The notes: generated from the letters alone by a model not told the origin. 64,000 nt of DNA from Bdellovibrionales bacterium (GCA_031370005.1 JANMPT010000110.1:64001-128000); one strand, 5' to 3'. Shown: positions 48,610-60,012, counted from the stretch's first letter. Translations and numbers: made by a program.

Positions 48610-50499
48610 TTGAGGAGGTTTTTGGATCGATCTATTGACATGGGTGGCAAATTAATAGATCGTGCTGCAATGAAAACCGCCCGTGACATTGTGGACATGC
48701 TAGAGCTCGCATTAAAGCTCCGCTTACTTAGGAAGTGGGAAGAGTTAGAGATTATTATTAAATCGATTCGCGCTGTAAAAATTGATGATGAGTATAAGAA
48801 AAAATGGATGGCCATTCAAATCCAGTTACTAGAGCAATCTCAATTTCGATATGAAAAAAATCATGAAGAAAAGATAAAAATTATACAATTGGCCGAACGG
48901 ATTTTGTCAGACGATGACAAGCGAAAATCATTTATCTATCAATATGAATTGTCTGGATTGTGTATAGCCAAACATTCCTATTTAAAGGGACTAGAGTCTG
49001 CGCTTGCAGCTGTTAAAGTAACAAATAATCCAAACGGAAAAATATCAGCCTTGGTCAATGGGCTCGTCTGTGCTGAAGCCTTAGACTTAGAAAGAGCAAA
49101 GTTACTTGTAAAAACCAAGCGGCTACTTTCACAATCCAAAACAAATGCGATAAATCCGTTGGTTGTTCGAGAGCTTGCTAATTTTCAGCTAAGAGAATAC
49201 TTTAGGTTAGGCGAGTTTCGAAAAGTGTTCACAAGCATTCATGAGCCAAGAATTAAAAAAGATATTTCGCTTTATCAGGCATGGATACAGGCATTGCCCC
49301 ATATTAAACTAAAGCAAAAATATGATATATTTAATTTGCATTCCAAGCAAACAACCACACAAGTAAATAGAGAGTATAAATTAGACACGCTCTTGCATAA
49401 GTTTGATTCTGAAAATATTCAAATTGCTGCAGTTCATAATATCATTGATCGCATTTACCTATGGTCTTGGCGGTTTTTTTGTGATCCATATAAATACCCA
49501 ATTGAAAATTTGCAAACCTTGCTCACCTCATTGGAGCTATCAAAACTTAAAAATAAAATGACGTCAGAAGATAAATTGTTGTTTATGAGCTCACTCTTAT
49601 TGCTGTCTTGTTTAGACACGTCCTTGCTTTTGAAAGTTAAAAAGCTCGAGAAAGCATTGCACCCGCTCAATTATGGTTCATATCCATATTTGAACTATGA
49701 AAGGAAATTTATTGAGTTGTATTTGGCGAAGCATTTGGGAGACCCGAATTATGAGACCTTAAGGCTCTCGTTAATTGCAGATGATTTTATGAGCAATGCC
49801 TACATCACTTTTAACAAGTATATAAAGTCGAATTTTGAGTCCTGTTATGGTCTCTTCGTGCTTGATATGCATCATCTGGAATTGAAGAATAAAATTCCAA
49901 TTGAGGCAGAGATAGTTTTTAATTCATTGACTGGGATGATCAAATTCACTCGTGGATGTAAGGCATTAAAAAGTGAGTTATTAGTCAATGCGCTGTCGTA
50001 TTTTTTTCACTCAGAAAGTCAGCAAGTATCTGCCAAAGACTTTTTTATTTCTGTTTTTGGGGGTAAAGATTTTGATCCAGCGACTAACTATAGACAGGTG
50101 TTTAATGTAATTCAAAGGCTCAATCTAGTAACAAATGGAAAACTTAAAATCAGGTATAAAAATAAAAAGTTATTGTTCGCTATGGAGAAAGAATCATTTT
50201 TCTCAGAAAATCATATTTTTCATGAAATTAGTTTCAACGCCTCGTTTTTTCAAAAAAGACTTTCGAAATGGTTGGGAGAATTGAGTAATAAAACCGCAAG
50301 TAAGAGCGCGCAAGCGAAGCGATCTCCGGCCAGTGTCTTTTTAACACAACAGAAGCTGACTCGAATAGATATTCAAAAGGCACTAAATACTTCAAAAAGT
50401 ACAAGTATAAGAATTCTTAATGAGTGGAAAAAACAAAAAATCATAAAATGCTCTGGCAAGGGGCCAGCGACTTCCTATTGGCTAAGCGAGCTTTCGTGA
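48610..50499 (+). CDS. Large helical protein with C-terminal winged-HTH, putative regulator
   Basis: C-terminal LTRIDIQKALNTSKSTSIRILNEW...GKGPATSY; divergent from the methyltransferase; start uncertain. Confidence 0.65.
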   Translation: MRRFLDRSIDMGGKLIDRAAMKTARDIVDMLELALKLRLLRKWEELEIIIKSIRAVKIDDEYKKKWMAIQIQLLEQSQFRYEKNHEEKIKIIQLAERILSDDDKRKSFIYQYELSGLCIAKHSYLKGLESALAAVKVTNNPNGKISALVNGLVCAEALDLERAKLLVKTKRLLSQSKTNAINPLVVRELANFQLREYFRLGEFRKVFTSIHEPRIKKDISLYQAWIQALPHIKLKQKYDIFNLHSKQTTTQVNREYKLDTLLHKFDSENIQIAAVHNIIDRIYLWSWRFFCDPYKYPIENLQTLLTSLELSKLKNKMTSEDKLLFMSSLLLLSCLDTSLLLKVKKLEKALHPLNYGSYPYLNYERKFIELYLAKHLGDPNYETLRLSLIADDFMSNAYITFNKYIKSNFESCYGLFVLDMHHLELKNKIPIEAEIVFNSLTGMIKFTRGCKALKSELLVNALSYFFHSESQQVSAKDFFISVFGGKDFDPATNYRQVFNVIQRLNLVTNGKLKIRYKNKKLLFAMEKESFFSENHIFHEISFNASFFQKRLSKWLGELSNKTASKSAQAKRSPASVFLTQQKLTRIDIQKALNTSKSTSIRILNEWKKQKIIKCSGKGPATSYWLSELS

Positions 50500-50629
50500 A
50501 ATCCTTTCATGGCTTGTCGCTAAACTTGTCATATTTTTGTGTTTTAGAGTCAAAATGCCCCAGTCGCTGTTTCCTTATTCGACCATAGATATTAAACACT
50601 TAGACGCAGCTGCCCAAAGTCCTCATTCG

Positions 50630-50645
50630 TGGCATATTCATTGCT
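50630..50645 (+). promoter_or_regulatory. Putative sigma-54 promoter
   Basis: TGGCAT-ATTCA-TTGCT with GG-N10-GC spacing, 45 nt before the OMP start. Confidence 0.65.
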
Positions 50646-50689
50646 TCAATTTCTTTCGAATCAGAAAGCTAAACCACGAGGAGAACACG

Positions 50690-51871
50690 ATGAATAAGTA
50701 TTTCTATATCCTTGCGGCTCTCAGTATTGTACCGAGTTTGAGTTTGGCTCAGGCGGGAAACTTTGATGCCGAGGTCGACCAAGAGCTCGACCAGATGTAT
50801 GCAAATAAGCAGGTAGGAGCCGCTGCCACACAGCAGGGGAGCCAGCCTATTTATATAGTAAATCAGACCACGCCAAGTGCGACATCGCAAGCGCAAGCAA
50901 ACATTCAATCAAATCAGGTTCAAAAACAACCTGTAGCCTTGATTGAGTCTACTCCATTGGTTGAGTCTAAAGCGGAGCAGATGAGAAAATCTCGTCAAGA
51001 CGCTGAGGTTCAAACAGAACAGAAGATTGTGGAAAAGCTTGAGGCATCTCGGTTGCAGGACGAGAAAAAACGTGCAGATGTTCTTTTCGGTAACAAATTT
51101 GATCATATGCAAGATCAAGATAAAGTGAGCGAGAACACTCAGCAACAAGCAGCGCCAGTGCAAGCTGCTGCTATCGTACAAGCCCCAGTGGTGACTACAG
51201 TAGAGTCAAAAGAGCCAAAAGAGCCAAAAGAAAATTTCCGTGATGTTGTTCGTGAGGAGCTTAAAAACGCAATGAAAGTAGAAACTCCTGTTGAAGTTGC
51301 TCCAGCAGAAGTAAAATACTTCTCAGCGATCGCTGGTATTGGTGATTATCCTGATGTTAGAAACGTTCGTGGGAACTATGCTTTCGGCGCGGCTTTTGGG
51401 ACTAAATATGACCAGCTCGTAGTCGAGGGTTCGTTCTTGCTATCAAACTATACAGTTGAAAAAGTCGACTGTAATTGTGGAAATCCATATTACCCTACTC
51501 TGGTTGATACGAATCAATATCAAGCAGCTGTATCTGCTAAATACCAATTGATGTCAGGCCTGGTTCGTCCCGTGGTTGGCGCGTTGGCGTCTTATAGCTA
51601 TCGTAAATACAATTGGGCAAACGTAGTGAACGCTTATCCGTATAACAACTATGGAACAAGCAGTGATTCCCATGCGGTTGATTTAGGTATAACAGCGGGT
51701 GTGGATTTGGAACTTAGCAAGAAATTTGCTCTTGGTTTTGAGTATAGATACATGTTCAATCTCTCAAGCCGAGTTGACAATCAGTCGATTGTGACTGGAC
51801 CTCAGTATGGTACGCCGATTGAAAAGTTGAGCTACTATACAATGGCCATTGCAGCAAAGGTGAATTTCTAA
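50690..51871 (+). CDS. Outer-membrane beta-barrel protein with N-terminal periplasmic extension
   Basis: GAGGAG RBS, signal peptide MNKYFYIL..SLA, alternating beta-strands, terminal Phe. Confidence 0.85.
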   Translation: MNKYFYILAALSIVPSLSLAQAGNFDAEVDQELDQMYANKQVGAAATQQGSQPIYIVNQTTPSATSQAQANIQSNQVQKQPVALIESTPLVESKAEQMRKSRQDAEVQTEQKIVEKLEASRLQDEKKRADVLFGNKFDHMQDQDKVSENTQQQAAPVQAAAIVQAPVVTTVESKEPKEPKENFRDVVREELKNAMKVETPVEVAPAEVKYFSAIAGIGDYPDVRNVRGNYAFGAAFGTKYDQLVVEGSFLLSNYTVEKVDCNCGNPYYPTLVDTNQYQAAVSAKYQLMSGLVRPVVGALASYSYRKYNWANVVNAYPYNNYGTSSDSHAVDLGITAGVDLELSKKFALGFEYRYMFNLSSRVDNQSIVTGPQYGTPIEKLSYYTMAIAAKVNF

Positions 51872-51897
51872 TCATTTGTGGTAGATGACAAAGCTTT

Positions 51898-51938
51898 GAA
51901 AGCTCTTATGAGAAATCATAAGAGCTTTCTTTTTTTTG
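51898..51938 (+). terminator. Rho-independent terminator
   Basis: GAAAGCTCTTATGA-GAAA-TCATAAGAGCTTTC followed by T run. Confidence 0.85.
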
Positions 51939-51960
51939 TAGCAAGTGTCATTCTAGGTTT

Positions 51961-52626
51961 ATGAAAAGACTCCTTATTTTGATTCTTGGTATTCTGTCTT
52001 TGGCCGCTGCCCCGGTGGTGGTTTCACAATCTGTTGGTCAGGTCGGTGACCGCATCATCACTAGCCGTGAGGTTCAGATTTCTGCAGTGCTGGCGCGGGC
52101 ACTTTTGCCAACTAAAGAACCAAAACCCAGCGCAGGCCTTTATGAGGTGCATCTCGGAGATTCTGCATTTATGAGCGAAGCCACGGCTTTGTTGTTAGAA
52201 GTGGTTGTGGATAAAGAGGCCGAGAGCTTTTCTGTGGCAAAAATTTCCGACGAGCAATTGCAGCAATCTCTACGTAAAATTGAAAAAATAGTTGATGGCA
52301 AAGCCTATTGGAATTCATTGGAAGTGAGCTCGACGGAGCTTAAGAAATTTGTTTTGCAAAAGCTCACAGCCAAGGCGTTTATTCAATTTAAAACAAACTC
52401 CATGGTGGGAGTAATTAGTGATGCTGAGGCCTTGGCATACTATGAGAAGAACCGTTTGAAGTTCGGCGACTTGCCTTTTTTGTCCTTCAAAGAAAACATC
52501 AAAACCTTCTTGGCGCAACAGCAACTTGAAGAGCGCACACGGGCATGGTTTGAAATTATCAAACGCAAATACAAGGTGCGCAATATCTTAGCTGAGAATA
52601 TCAATAATAAGGTTGGCACAAGGTGA
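51961..52626 (+). CDS. Exported SurA N-domain-like protein
   Basis: Signal peptide; GQVGDRIITSREV; ISDAEALAYYEKN. Confidence 0.6.
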   Translation: MKRLLILILGILSLAAAPVVVSQSVGQVGDRIITSREVQISAVLARALLPTKEPKPSAGLYEVHLGDSAFMSEATALLLEVVVDKEAESFSVAKISDEQLQQSLRKIEKIVDGKAYWNSLEVSSTELKKFVLQKLTAKAFIQFKTNSMVGVISDAEALAYYEKNRLKFGDLPFLSFKENIKTFLAQQQLEERTRAWFEIIKRKYKVRNILAENINNKVGTR

Positions 52627-53066
52627 GCTTTAAGATGCGGCCATTGTTGGCAGATGATGAGGCGCGTGTGTTGCAAGTGGTGGGGGATCTATATCGCCAG
52701 CATCCACACCTTGAGGGGTTTCAGTGGCCCACAGAAACATTGAGGGCAGAGTTTCGAAGCACAAGTAGCTGGGGTCTTTTTCATGGCCAGCGACTTGCGA
52801 GTTTTGTGCTTTATCGAGTGACTGCAGTGGCTTGGGAGCTTTCAGTGGTCGCGAGCCATCCTGAGTATTGGAAACAAGGCTTAGCGCGAAGCATTATTTC
52901 TCATTTAATCGTCATTAAGCCTGCAAACCGTGAGCTTTGGCTTGAGGTTCATAGCGAAAATACAAGGGCTTGGCGACTTTATGAGTCCTTGGGTTTTGTT
53001 AGAACCGGGACCCGAGAGAATTACTATCCCAATAGTGGCACCGCCTGGCTCTATACTCGAAGATAA
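52623..53066 (+). CDS. GNAT acetyltransferase (RimI-like)
   Basis: HPEYWKQGLA, LWLEVHSENTRA..LYESLGF...RENYY. Confidence 0.88.
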   Translation: MSFKMRPLLADDEARVLQVVGDLYRQHPHLEGFQWPTETLRAEFRSTSSWGLFHGQRLASFVLYRVTAVAWELSVVASHPEYWKQGLARSIISHLIVIKPANRELWLEVHSENTRAWRLYESLGFVRTGTRENYYPNSGTAWLYTRR

Positions 53067-53107
53067 ACCCTTGCATCGCTTAGCTTTTTTTGTTAGTCTC
53101 GGCCACG

Positions 53108-53137
53108 AATGGGCCTTGAAGGGCCCATTTTTTATTT
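53108..53137 (+). promoter_or_regulatory. rimP leader hairpin / attenuator-like terminator
   Basis: AATGGGCC-TTGAAG-GGCCCATT followed by T run, upstream of rimP. Confidence 0.65.
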
Positions 53138-53221
53138 GTGCGCGAATGACCCAAGTGCGGCGGATGAGTGGCCCGAAAGTGATTGGACTTTAGGATCAAG
53201 ACTTTAGGAATTTAATAAATA

Positions 53222-53773
53222 ATGATCGAATCAAACCCATCGTGGATGGAAAAATTAGAAAAAATGGCGGAAGAGGTCACCTCTCGTGAGGCATGTTATT
53301 TGTACGATATTGAATTTATCGGCACAGGTAAGGGGCGCACTCTTCGTCTGTATATCGACAGAGAAAACTCACAAGCAACTTCTAACTCTGAAGACGGACA
53401 AGGGATTAGCATCACTGATTGCTCAAATGTATCAAAGGCTTTGAATCTTTTATTGGACGTGGAGGATATTATTCCCGGTGAGAGCTACAATCTGGAGGTT
53501 TCTAGCCCCGGCCTAGAACGAGTTCTTCGTAAGGCTTGGCACTTTGAAAAGGTTGTGGGCAAAAAAATTTGGGTAAAGACAAGCAAGTCCTTTGAGTCTT
53601 TCGGTGTGACTGATAAGAAACTAAAGGCGGCGAAGCAGATTGATGAAGTTTTAAAATCCTTTGATGGTGAGACGCTGAGTTTTCAAGTTAAAGATGTACA
53701 GGTAAGGATTCCACTTTCTGCTGTGGAAAAATCAAAAGTGTTATTTGTGTTAAATAAAGGTCATAAAAAATAA
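53222..53773 (+). CDS. rimP: Ribosome maturation factor RimP
   Basis: LRLYID, ITDCSNVS, YNLEVSSPGLER. Confidence 0.96.
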   Translation: MIESNPSWMEKLEKMAEEVTSREACYLYDIEFIGTGKGRTLRLYIDRENSQATSNSEDGQGISITDCSNVSKALNLLLDVEDIIPGESYNLEVSSPGLERVLRKAWHFEKVVGKKIWVKTSKSFESFGVTDKKLKAAKQIDEVLKSFDGETLSFQVKDVQVRIPLSAVEKSKVLFVLNKGHKK

Positions 53774-53788
53774 TTTAGAAGAGGTGTA

Positions 53789-55189
53789 GTGATGGCTGAC
53801 AACATGTTTACAGATCTCAGTCGCGTGATTGAACAAGTTGGTAAGGATAAAGGTATCGACAAGCAAGTGGTGATAGATGCCGTCACTCAAGGAATGCTAG
53901 TGGCTGCTCGCAAAAAATATGGTACTTATCGTGAGATCGAAGCCACATATAACGAGGAAACTGGTGAAGTTGAGCTGCATCAGTTTAAAGAAGTAGTGCC
54001 GCGTGAAAAATACATCGATGAAGAAGTTGAAATTCCTATGGATGAGGCTTTGAAATTGGATCCACAAGCCCAAGAAGGAGACTCCATCGGCATTAAAATG
54101 GAGGCCGGAGAACTCGGTCGTATTGCAGCTCAAACTGCTAAACAAATCATTATGCAGAAAGTTCGTGATGCTGAACGCTCTATTATTTTTAACGAGTTTG
54201 AAGAAAGAAAAGGCGAAATTGCTTCAGGGATTGCTCGTCGTGTAGAAAAAGGCGCAATTGTTGTCGATCTTGGTCGTACCGAAGCCTACATCCCACCACG
54301 TGAACAAATCCCTGGGGAGTCTTACAAGCCAGGCGATCGTATTCAGGGGTATTTGTCGGAAGTTCGACAAACCACTCGTGGCCCACAAATCATTATGTCC
54401 CGAGCAGATGAGCGTTATTTAATGAAGCTTTTTGAAATGGAAGTTCCAGAAATTTATGATGGTATTGTTGAGATCATGAGTGCGGCACGTGAACCTGGGC
54501 AGCGTGCTAAGATCGCGGTTCGTTCTAAAGACAATTCGGTGGATCCGGTAGGAGCTTGTGTTGGCATGAAGGGCTCTCGAGTACAGAGCATCGTTCAAGA
54601 GCTTCGCGGCGAGAAAATCGATATAGTTCCATGGGATGAAGACGTTACTCGTTTTGCCTGTAATGCTTTAGCCCCAGCTGAAATTTCTCGTGTCTTCGTT
54701 GATGAAGCAAACAAAGAGATGGAAGTTGTTGTTCCTGATTCTCAATTGAGCTTGGCCATCGGTAAGCGTGGGCAAAATGTGCGTTTGGCCGCTAAATTGA
54801 CGACTTGGAAATTGGATATCATTTCTGAATCTTCTGCGTCTTCACGTACTGCGGAGGCGATTTTTAATCTGATGTTGCTGCCAGGAATGAGCCAAACGAT
54901 GGCGCAAAATATTTTTCAATCTGGCTTCGGTTCGTTCCAATCAGTGGCAAATGCTTCAGCTGAGGAAATCATGTCGATTCCAGGCTATGATGACCCCGAA
55001 CGTGCAGAGAAACTGATCAGCGAGGCGAAGGCTTTGATTGTTAAGTATGAAAAAGAAGGCTTGCCTATTCCAACAGCTCCTTTGGCTGTGAAAGAAGTCA
55101 AAGCCTCTGGTTCTGCTAAAGAACAAGCAGACCTTCGTTTGAAGCAAGAGTTACAAAAACTTGATGCTCAAACTGAAGGTAAAGAGTAA
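53789..55189 (+). CDS. nusA: Transcription factor NusA
   Basis: GRIAAQTAKQ, AREPGQRAKIAV, DPVGACVG. Confidence 0.98.
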   Translation: MMADNMFTDLSRVIEQVGKDKGIDKQVVIDAVTQGMLVAARKKYGTYREIEATYNEETGEVELHQFKEVVPREKYIDEEVEIPMDEALKLDPQAQEGDSIGIKMEAGELGRIAAQTAKQIIMQKVRDAERSIIFNEFEERKGEIASGIARRVEKGAIVVDLGRTEAYIPPREQIPGESYKPGDRIQGYLSEVRQTTRGPQIIMSRADERYLMKLFEMEVPEIYDGIVEIMSAAREPGQRAKIAVRSKDNSVDPVGACVGMKGSRVQSIVQELRGEKIDIVPWDEDVTRFACNALAPAEISRVFVDEANKEMEVVVPDSQLSLAIGKRGQNVRLAAKLTTWKLDIISESSASSRTAEAIFNLMLLPGMSQTMAQNIFQSGFGSFQSVANASAEEIMSIPGYDDPERAEKLISEAKALIVKYEKEGLPIPTAPLAVKEVKASGSAKEQADLRLKQELQKLDAQTEGKE

Positions 55190-55256
55190 ATACGATGGGC
55201 ATCAGTGCCGGTCTGAGTTTTAAGTAGTTGAGTAGTTAATTATTTTAGGAGAATGC

Positions 55257-58133
55257 GTGAGTAATCCAAAAGTTTTTGAATTTGCCAAGGAAATCGGGCT
55301 TACACCATTGGCCTTGATGGATAAGATTCGTGAGTGGCAGCTTCCAGTAAAGAGCCATATGTCGGAGCTAGAGCCTGAGGTTCTCGATCAAATTAAAGTA
55401 AAACTAAATGGTGGACGAAAATCCACGGAAGCCTCAAAGCCTAAAAAAACGACAACTCGCAAAGCTCCGGCAAAAAAAACAGCTACTCCAGCATCGGTGG
55501 AGTCTCCAGCAGCTGTAGCTGGTGTCCATGCGAAATCAACTGTGGTTCGCCGTAAAGCGACGAAAGAAACTGAAGAAGCAACAGAAACTGTTGAAATTGA
55601 AGCTGCTGAAGAAGTCGTAAAATCGGCGACAAAAACCTCTATTAAAAAAACAACTCCAGCGGTAGAGAAAGAAGAAGTCCCAGGACCAGAAGCTGTGGTG
55701 ATGGCTCCAGCTCCAGAAGCAGTGCCTTCGCCAAAGCTTGTAGCTAAAAAAATAGAAAAAGTTCCTGAGGCACCAGTAGTTGAGCCTGCTCCAGTTGTTG
55801 AAGTGCCGGTCGCTCCACCAGTGGCTGTGGCTCCGGGAGTGGCGCGTAAAAAAGAAGTGACTGTTGGCAGCAGCGGTGTTGCCAGCGCGGCAACAGCAGC
55901 GCCAAGCATTGGTCGTAGAAACATTATTGGCCGTATGGATCTTTCTCGTGTCGCTCAGCAAGTTCCAGCGCGATCTAACGAGCGCAGCGGAACCGGAGAT
56001 CGTCCCGGCGGTTTTAATAGCGGGGTCTCTCGCACGGGCGGTTTTAGTGGTCCAGCGCGTACCACGCAAAGCAGAAATATTCGACCTGGATTTGTTGCTC
56101 AGACACAGCCTGATGTGCCAGTTGAATCTCTTGAAAATCGTCATGGAAAATTTGATGACAAAAGAAAACCTAAGTTCGCTCCGACTCCGGTTGTGGCTGC
56201 AGGTCCTTCAGCAAAAGAGCGTGAGCAAGAAGAGCAAATTTCAAACTTCAATCCTGTAGAATTTCGTAAACGTGAGATGGTATTCCAGCCTAAAAAGAAA
56301 AAAGGCATGTTAGATCGTGCGGGAATGAAAACTCAAATTACCACTCCAAAAGCTTTGAAACGTATTATTAAAGTGAATAACGTTATGAAGCTCAGTGACG
56401 TTGCAATGGAGATGGGTGTTAAAGCTCCTCAGATCATCAAAGTGCTCATGCAAAACGGTGTGGTTGCGAATATGAACACTGCCCTGGATTTTGATACGAT
56501 TGCCTTGGTAGTTCCAGAGTTTGGTTGGGAGGCGCAAAACGTCTTCAAAACTGCTGACGATATGGCCACGGAAACGGCATTTGGAAATTTGGACGCCGCA
56601 ATGGTTCCACGTCCTCCTGTTGTAACTATTATGGGTCATGTCGATCATGGTAAAACAAGTTTGCTAGATGCTATTCGCAAAGCGAATGTGGCCGCAGGGG
56701 AAGCTGGTGGAATCACTCAACACATTGGCGCTTACAGTGTGACCTTGGATGATGGCTCTCTGGTGACATTTCTGGATACTCCAGGCCATGAGGCGTTTAC
56801 AAAAATGCGTGCGCGTGGTGCGAATGCAACAGATATTGCGGTGATCGTAGTGGCTGCAGATGATGGTATGATGCCGCAAACTGCAGAGGCGATAAATCAT
56901 GCTAAAGCTGCAGGAGTCCCAATTATCGTCGCAGTTAATAAGATTGATAAGCCTGGCGCAAATACTGAACGCATAAAACAACAATTAACAGAGTTTGAAA
57001 TTGTTCCGGAAGAATGGGGCGGTACTACAATCTTCGTCGAAGTATCAGCTTTGAAAAAAACTGGAATTAAAGAGCTTCTGGAAAACATCCATCTGGTTGC
57101 TGAACTTCAAGATTTGAGGGCAAACCCTGAGCGCTCAGGAACTGGTCTCGTGATTGAAGCGAAGATGGAAAAAGGCAAAGGGAATGTCGCAACCCTTTTG
57201 GTGAAAGATGGAACTATTAAATTAGGCCAGCACATTGTGGCTGGAAGTATCAAAGGCCGTGTGCGCTCATTAACCAACGATAAAGGGGAGCGTGTTCAAT
57301 CTGCTGGCCCTGGTATTCCAGTGGAGGTTTTAGGCCTTGAAGGCACTCCTTCTGCAGGTGATCGTTTTGATATTGTGAAAGATGAGGAAGTAGCAGCTGA
57401 AGTATCTGAAACCCGTGCTGACCAGGTTAAAAAAGCTGGAATAATTCCAGCATCAAAAATGTCTTTGGAAGATATTTTCTCTAAAGTTACTCGGGGTGAT
57501 GTGAAAGATCTTCCGATTGTTTTGAAAGCAGATGTTCATGGTTCACTGGAGGCTGTCAGTGGTATGATTCAGAAATTAGCAACGGCCGAAGTAAAGACAA
57601 AAATTATTCACTCAGCAGTTGGTGGAATTAGCGAATCTGATGTTTTGCTGGCAAATACCGCTAATGGTATCATTATTGGCTTCAATGTCCGCCCTGATGG
57701 TGGAGCACAAGCCGCTGCAAAGCGTGCGGGTGTTGATATTCGCACCTACTCGATTGTTTACGAATTGGTAGATGATCTTAAAAAGGCAATGTCAGGACTT
57801 CTTACTCCAGATGTGGTGGAAAAGGTTATGGGCCGTGCTGAAGTTCGTAATACATTTACAGTTCCAAAAATCGGAACTATTGGTGGTTGCTTCATAACTG
57901 ACGGGAAAATCCAAAGATCTAATATGGCTCGTTTAATTCGGGATGGTAAGATTGTTTACGAAGGGAAAATCTCATCTTTGAAGCGCTTCAAAGATGACGC
58001 AAAAGAAGTGGCGACTGGCTTTGAGTGCGGTATTGGCATTGAAAACTTCAATGATCTCAAAGTGGGCGACACCATCGAGTCCTTTATTAAAGAAGAAGTG
58101 GCTCGTGAGTTAACTTATGAGGCAAATCCATAA
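55257..58133 (+). CDS. infB: Translation initiation factor IF-2
   Basis: [29 protein letters not shown]. Confidence 0.98.
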   Translation: MSNPKVFEFAKEIGLTPLALMDKIREWQLPVKSHMSELEPEVLDQIKVKLNGGRKSTEASKPKKTTTRKAPAKKTATPASVESPAAVAGVHAKSTVVRRKATKETEEATETVEIEAAEEVVKSATKTSIKKTTPAVEKEEVPGPEAVVMAPAPEAVPSPKLVAKKIEKVPEAPVVEPAPVVEVPVAPPVAVAPGVARKKEVTVGSSGVASAATAAPSIGRRNIIGRMDLSRVAQQVPARSNERSGTGDRPGGFNSGVSRTGGFSGPARTTQSRNIRPGFVAQTQPDVPVESLENRHGKFDDKRKPKFAPTPVVAAGPSAKEREQEEQISNFNPVEFRKREMVFQPKKKKGMLDRAGMKTQITTPKALKRIIKVNNVMKLSDVAMEMGVKAPQIIKVLMQNGVVANMNTALDFDTIALVVPEFGWEAQNVFKTADDMATETAFGNLDAAMVPRPPVVTIMGHVDHGKTSLLDAIRKANVAAGEAGGITQHIGAYSVTLDDGSLVTFLDTPGHEAFTKMRARGANATDIAVIVVAADDGMMPQTAEAINHAKAAGVPIIVAVNKIDKPGANTERIKQQLTEFEIVPEEWGGTTIFVEVSALKKTGIKELLENIHLVAELQDLRANPERSGTGLVIEAKMEKGKGNVATLLVKDGTIKLGQHIVAGSIKGRVRSLTNDKGERVQSAGPGIPVEVLGLEGTPSAGDRFDIVKDEEVAAEVSETRADQVKKAGIIPASKMSLEDIFSKVTRGDVKDLPIVLKADVHGSLEAVSGMIQKLATAEVKTKIIHSAVGGISESDVLLANTANGIIIGFNVRPDGGAQAAAKRAGVDIRTYSIVYELVDDLKKAMSGLLTPDVVEKVMGRAEVRNTFTVPKIGTIGGCFITDGKIQRSNMARLIRDGKIVYEGKISSLKRFKDDAKEVATGFECGIGIENFNDLKVGDTIESFIKEEVARELTYEANP

Positions 58134-58540
58134 TGAAAAAAGAAGGCGATGGCGGACGAAGAGTAGCTCGAGTCGAGCGAGAGGTTCAGCAGACCATTGC
58201 TCATTTTTTGATTTCTGGCTTTAAGTTGCCCTTACCTGGGCTTGTGACCGTTGCCCGGGTACAGATGCCCGGAGATTTACGTACAGCTAAAGTCTATATT
58301 AGTGTAATTGGGGAGACCGCTCAATTGGACAAGACTATAGAGCTACTTCAGGCGCGTGCTTTTGAAATTCAAAACTACCTTGGTAAAGAACTCAAAATGC
58401 GCTATTGCCCTAAATTGTTTTTTTATGCTGATTTTGATACTGAGCAAATTTTGAAGGTTGATAGAATTCTGCAGGAGCTCGAGACCGAGCGAAATAATGT
58501 TGAAAAATCCCCAGCTGACTCTAATAAAGAAAACTCATGA
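58133..58540 (+). CDS. rbfA: Ribosome-binding factor A
   Basis: DLRTAKVYIS, MRYCPKLFF; synteny. Confidence 0.95.
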   Translation: MKKEGDGGRRVARVEREVQQTIAHFLISGFKLPLPGLVTVARVQMPGDLRTAKVYISVIGETAQLDKTIELLQARAFEIQNYLGKELKMRYCPKLFFYADFDTEQILKVDRILQELETERNNVEKSPADSNKENS

Positions 58541-59448
58541 GTTCATTTCATGGTTTAGTACTGGTAAGAAAACCTACGGGTTTGACCAGTCATGATGTTG
58601 TTGCGCGCCTTCGTCGCATTCTTGGCACCAAATCTGTAGGTCATGCGGGCACTTTGGATCCACTTGCGGAAGGCTTGATGGTGGCTCTTGTAAATGAGGC
58701 GACAAAGCTCAGCCAATATATTCTCGAGGGCGACAAGGCTTACCGCCTAAGGGCTCGGTTGGGTGTTGAAACAGATACTCTCGATATCACGGGGAAGACT
58801 TTAAAAACAAGTCCGGTGAGTGTGACTGAAGAGCGGGTACAGGAAGCGGCCCTGCATCTTCAAGGGGTGATGAGTCTAAAGGTTCCTCTTTATTCAGCGA
58901 TTAAAATCAATGGCCAGAAACTCTATGATTATGCTCGTAAAGAACAAGAAATTCAGGTTCCTCACAAGGATATGAACTTTTGGGACATCGAATTTTTAGG
59001 CTTTGACGGCGTTGATGCCGAGTTTCGATTTCGTTGCTCTAAGGGCAGCTACGTTCGTTCTTGGATTGAACTTTTGGGCTTAAAATTAGGTTGTGGGGCG
59101 ACAATGTGTGCCCTGACTCGGACATGGTCAGATCCCTATGATTTAGAACAGTCGATCCGTCTTGAAGACTTTGAGGCAGATGTCAAAGCTGGGAAGCAAA
59201 TTTCGGCCATGATACCCCTTGAGATGGCTTTGCCATCTGTTAAAAAAGTCAGGGTGAAAGGCCATGATCAGATTCTTTTAGGCAATGGTCAGATCAGTCA
59301 TGACCTTAGATCTCTTCTTATTACCCAATTTGATCCCCAAAAAGATAATATTATTCAGGTTTTGTCGCTATCATCGGGGAAATTATTGGCACTTGTAGGT
59401 ACCGAAAAAGACCGAGGTTTTGTCATTAAAAGAGTTATAAAGTATTGA
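58537..59448 (+). CDS. truB: tRNA pseudouridine(55) synthase
   Basis: GHAGTLDPLAEG, CSKGSYVRS. Confidence 0.97.
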   Translation: MSSFHGLVLVRKPTGLTSHDVVARLRRILGTKSVGHAGTLDPLAEGLMVALVNEATKLSQYILEGDKAYRLRARLGVETDTLDITGKTLKTSPVSVTEERVQEAALHLQGVMSLKVPLYSAIKINGQKLYDYARKEQEIQVPHKDMNFWDIEFLGFDGVDAEFRFRCSKGSYVRSWIELLGLKLGCGATMCALTRTWSDPYDLEQSIRLEDFEADVKAGKQISAMIPLEMALPSVKKVRVKGHDQILLGNGQISHDLRSLLITQFDPQKDNIIQVLSLSSGKLLALVGTEKDRGFVIKRVIKY

Positions 59449-59593
59449 CCACCCTTGCTCTTCATGGGAAAACCTAACTTCCAAAAATACTGGCCGGGCG
59501 ACAGCCATGACGCTCATTTGCCGGCAAACAAGTTCTTGGAACTTGTCTAACAGAAGAAATCTTTTTAGATTTTTTCAGATAAAGGAGACTTTA

Positions 59594-59863
59594 ATGGCAG
59601 TCGCAAAAGAGATAAAAGCTCAAATTGTTAAAAAATTCAAACGTTCGGATTTGGACACGGGCTCTTCTGAAGTTCAAATTGCACTTCTAACATCAAAAAT
59701 TAATGAACTTACAGGGCATTTTGCAATTCACAAGAAAGACCATCATGGCCGACGTGGGTTGGTCACTGCGGTTAATCAAAGAAGAAAACTCCTCGATTAT
59801 GTCCGACGTATAGATGTTAAAAAGTACGAAGGATTGCTGAAGCAATTAGACATCCGTAAATAA
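59594..59863 (+). CDS. rpsO: 30S ribosomal protein S15
   Basis: DTGSSEVQIALLT, HKKDHHGRRGL; AAGGAG RBS before ATG 59594. Confidence 0.98.
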   Translation: MAVAKEIKAQIVKKFKRSDLDTGSSEVQIALLTSKINELTGHFAIHKKDHHGRRGLVTAVNQRRKLLDYVRRIDVKKYEGLLKQLDIRK

Positions 59864-59868
59864 GCAAT

Positions 59869-59906
59869 AAAAAAGGCTCGGAAACTCCGGGCCTTTGTTG
59901 CTTTTT
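59869..59906 (+). terminator. Hairpin between rpsO and pnp
   Basis: AAAGGCTCGG-AAACT-CCGGGCCTTT. Confidence 0.6.
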
Positions 59907-60012
59907 GACCAGGAAGTTCTAGAATTTTTTCAAGAATTGATTCAAAAACATATGGCCACAAAGGCCCATGCCGCCAAAAAGAAAAAGGCGGAATATTACT
60001 AAAGGAGATTTA

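Noticed and set aside
55388..56259. Long alternative-frame ORFs over infB
   Set aside because: Shadows of the low-complexity IF-2 N-terminus.
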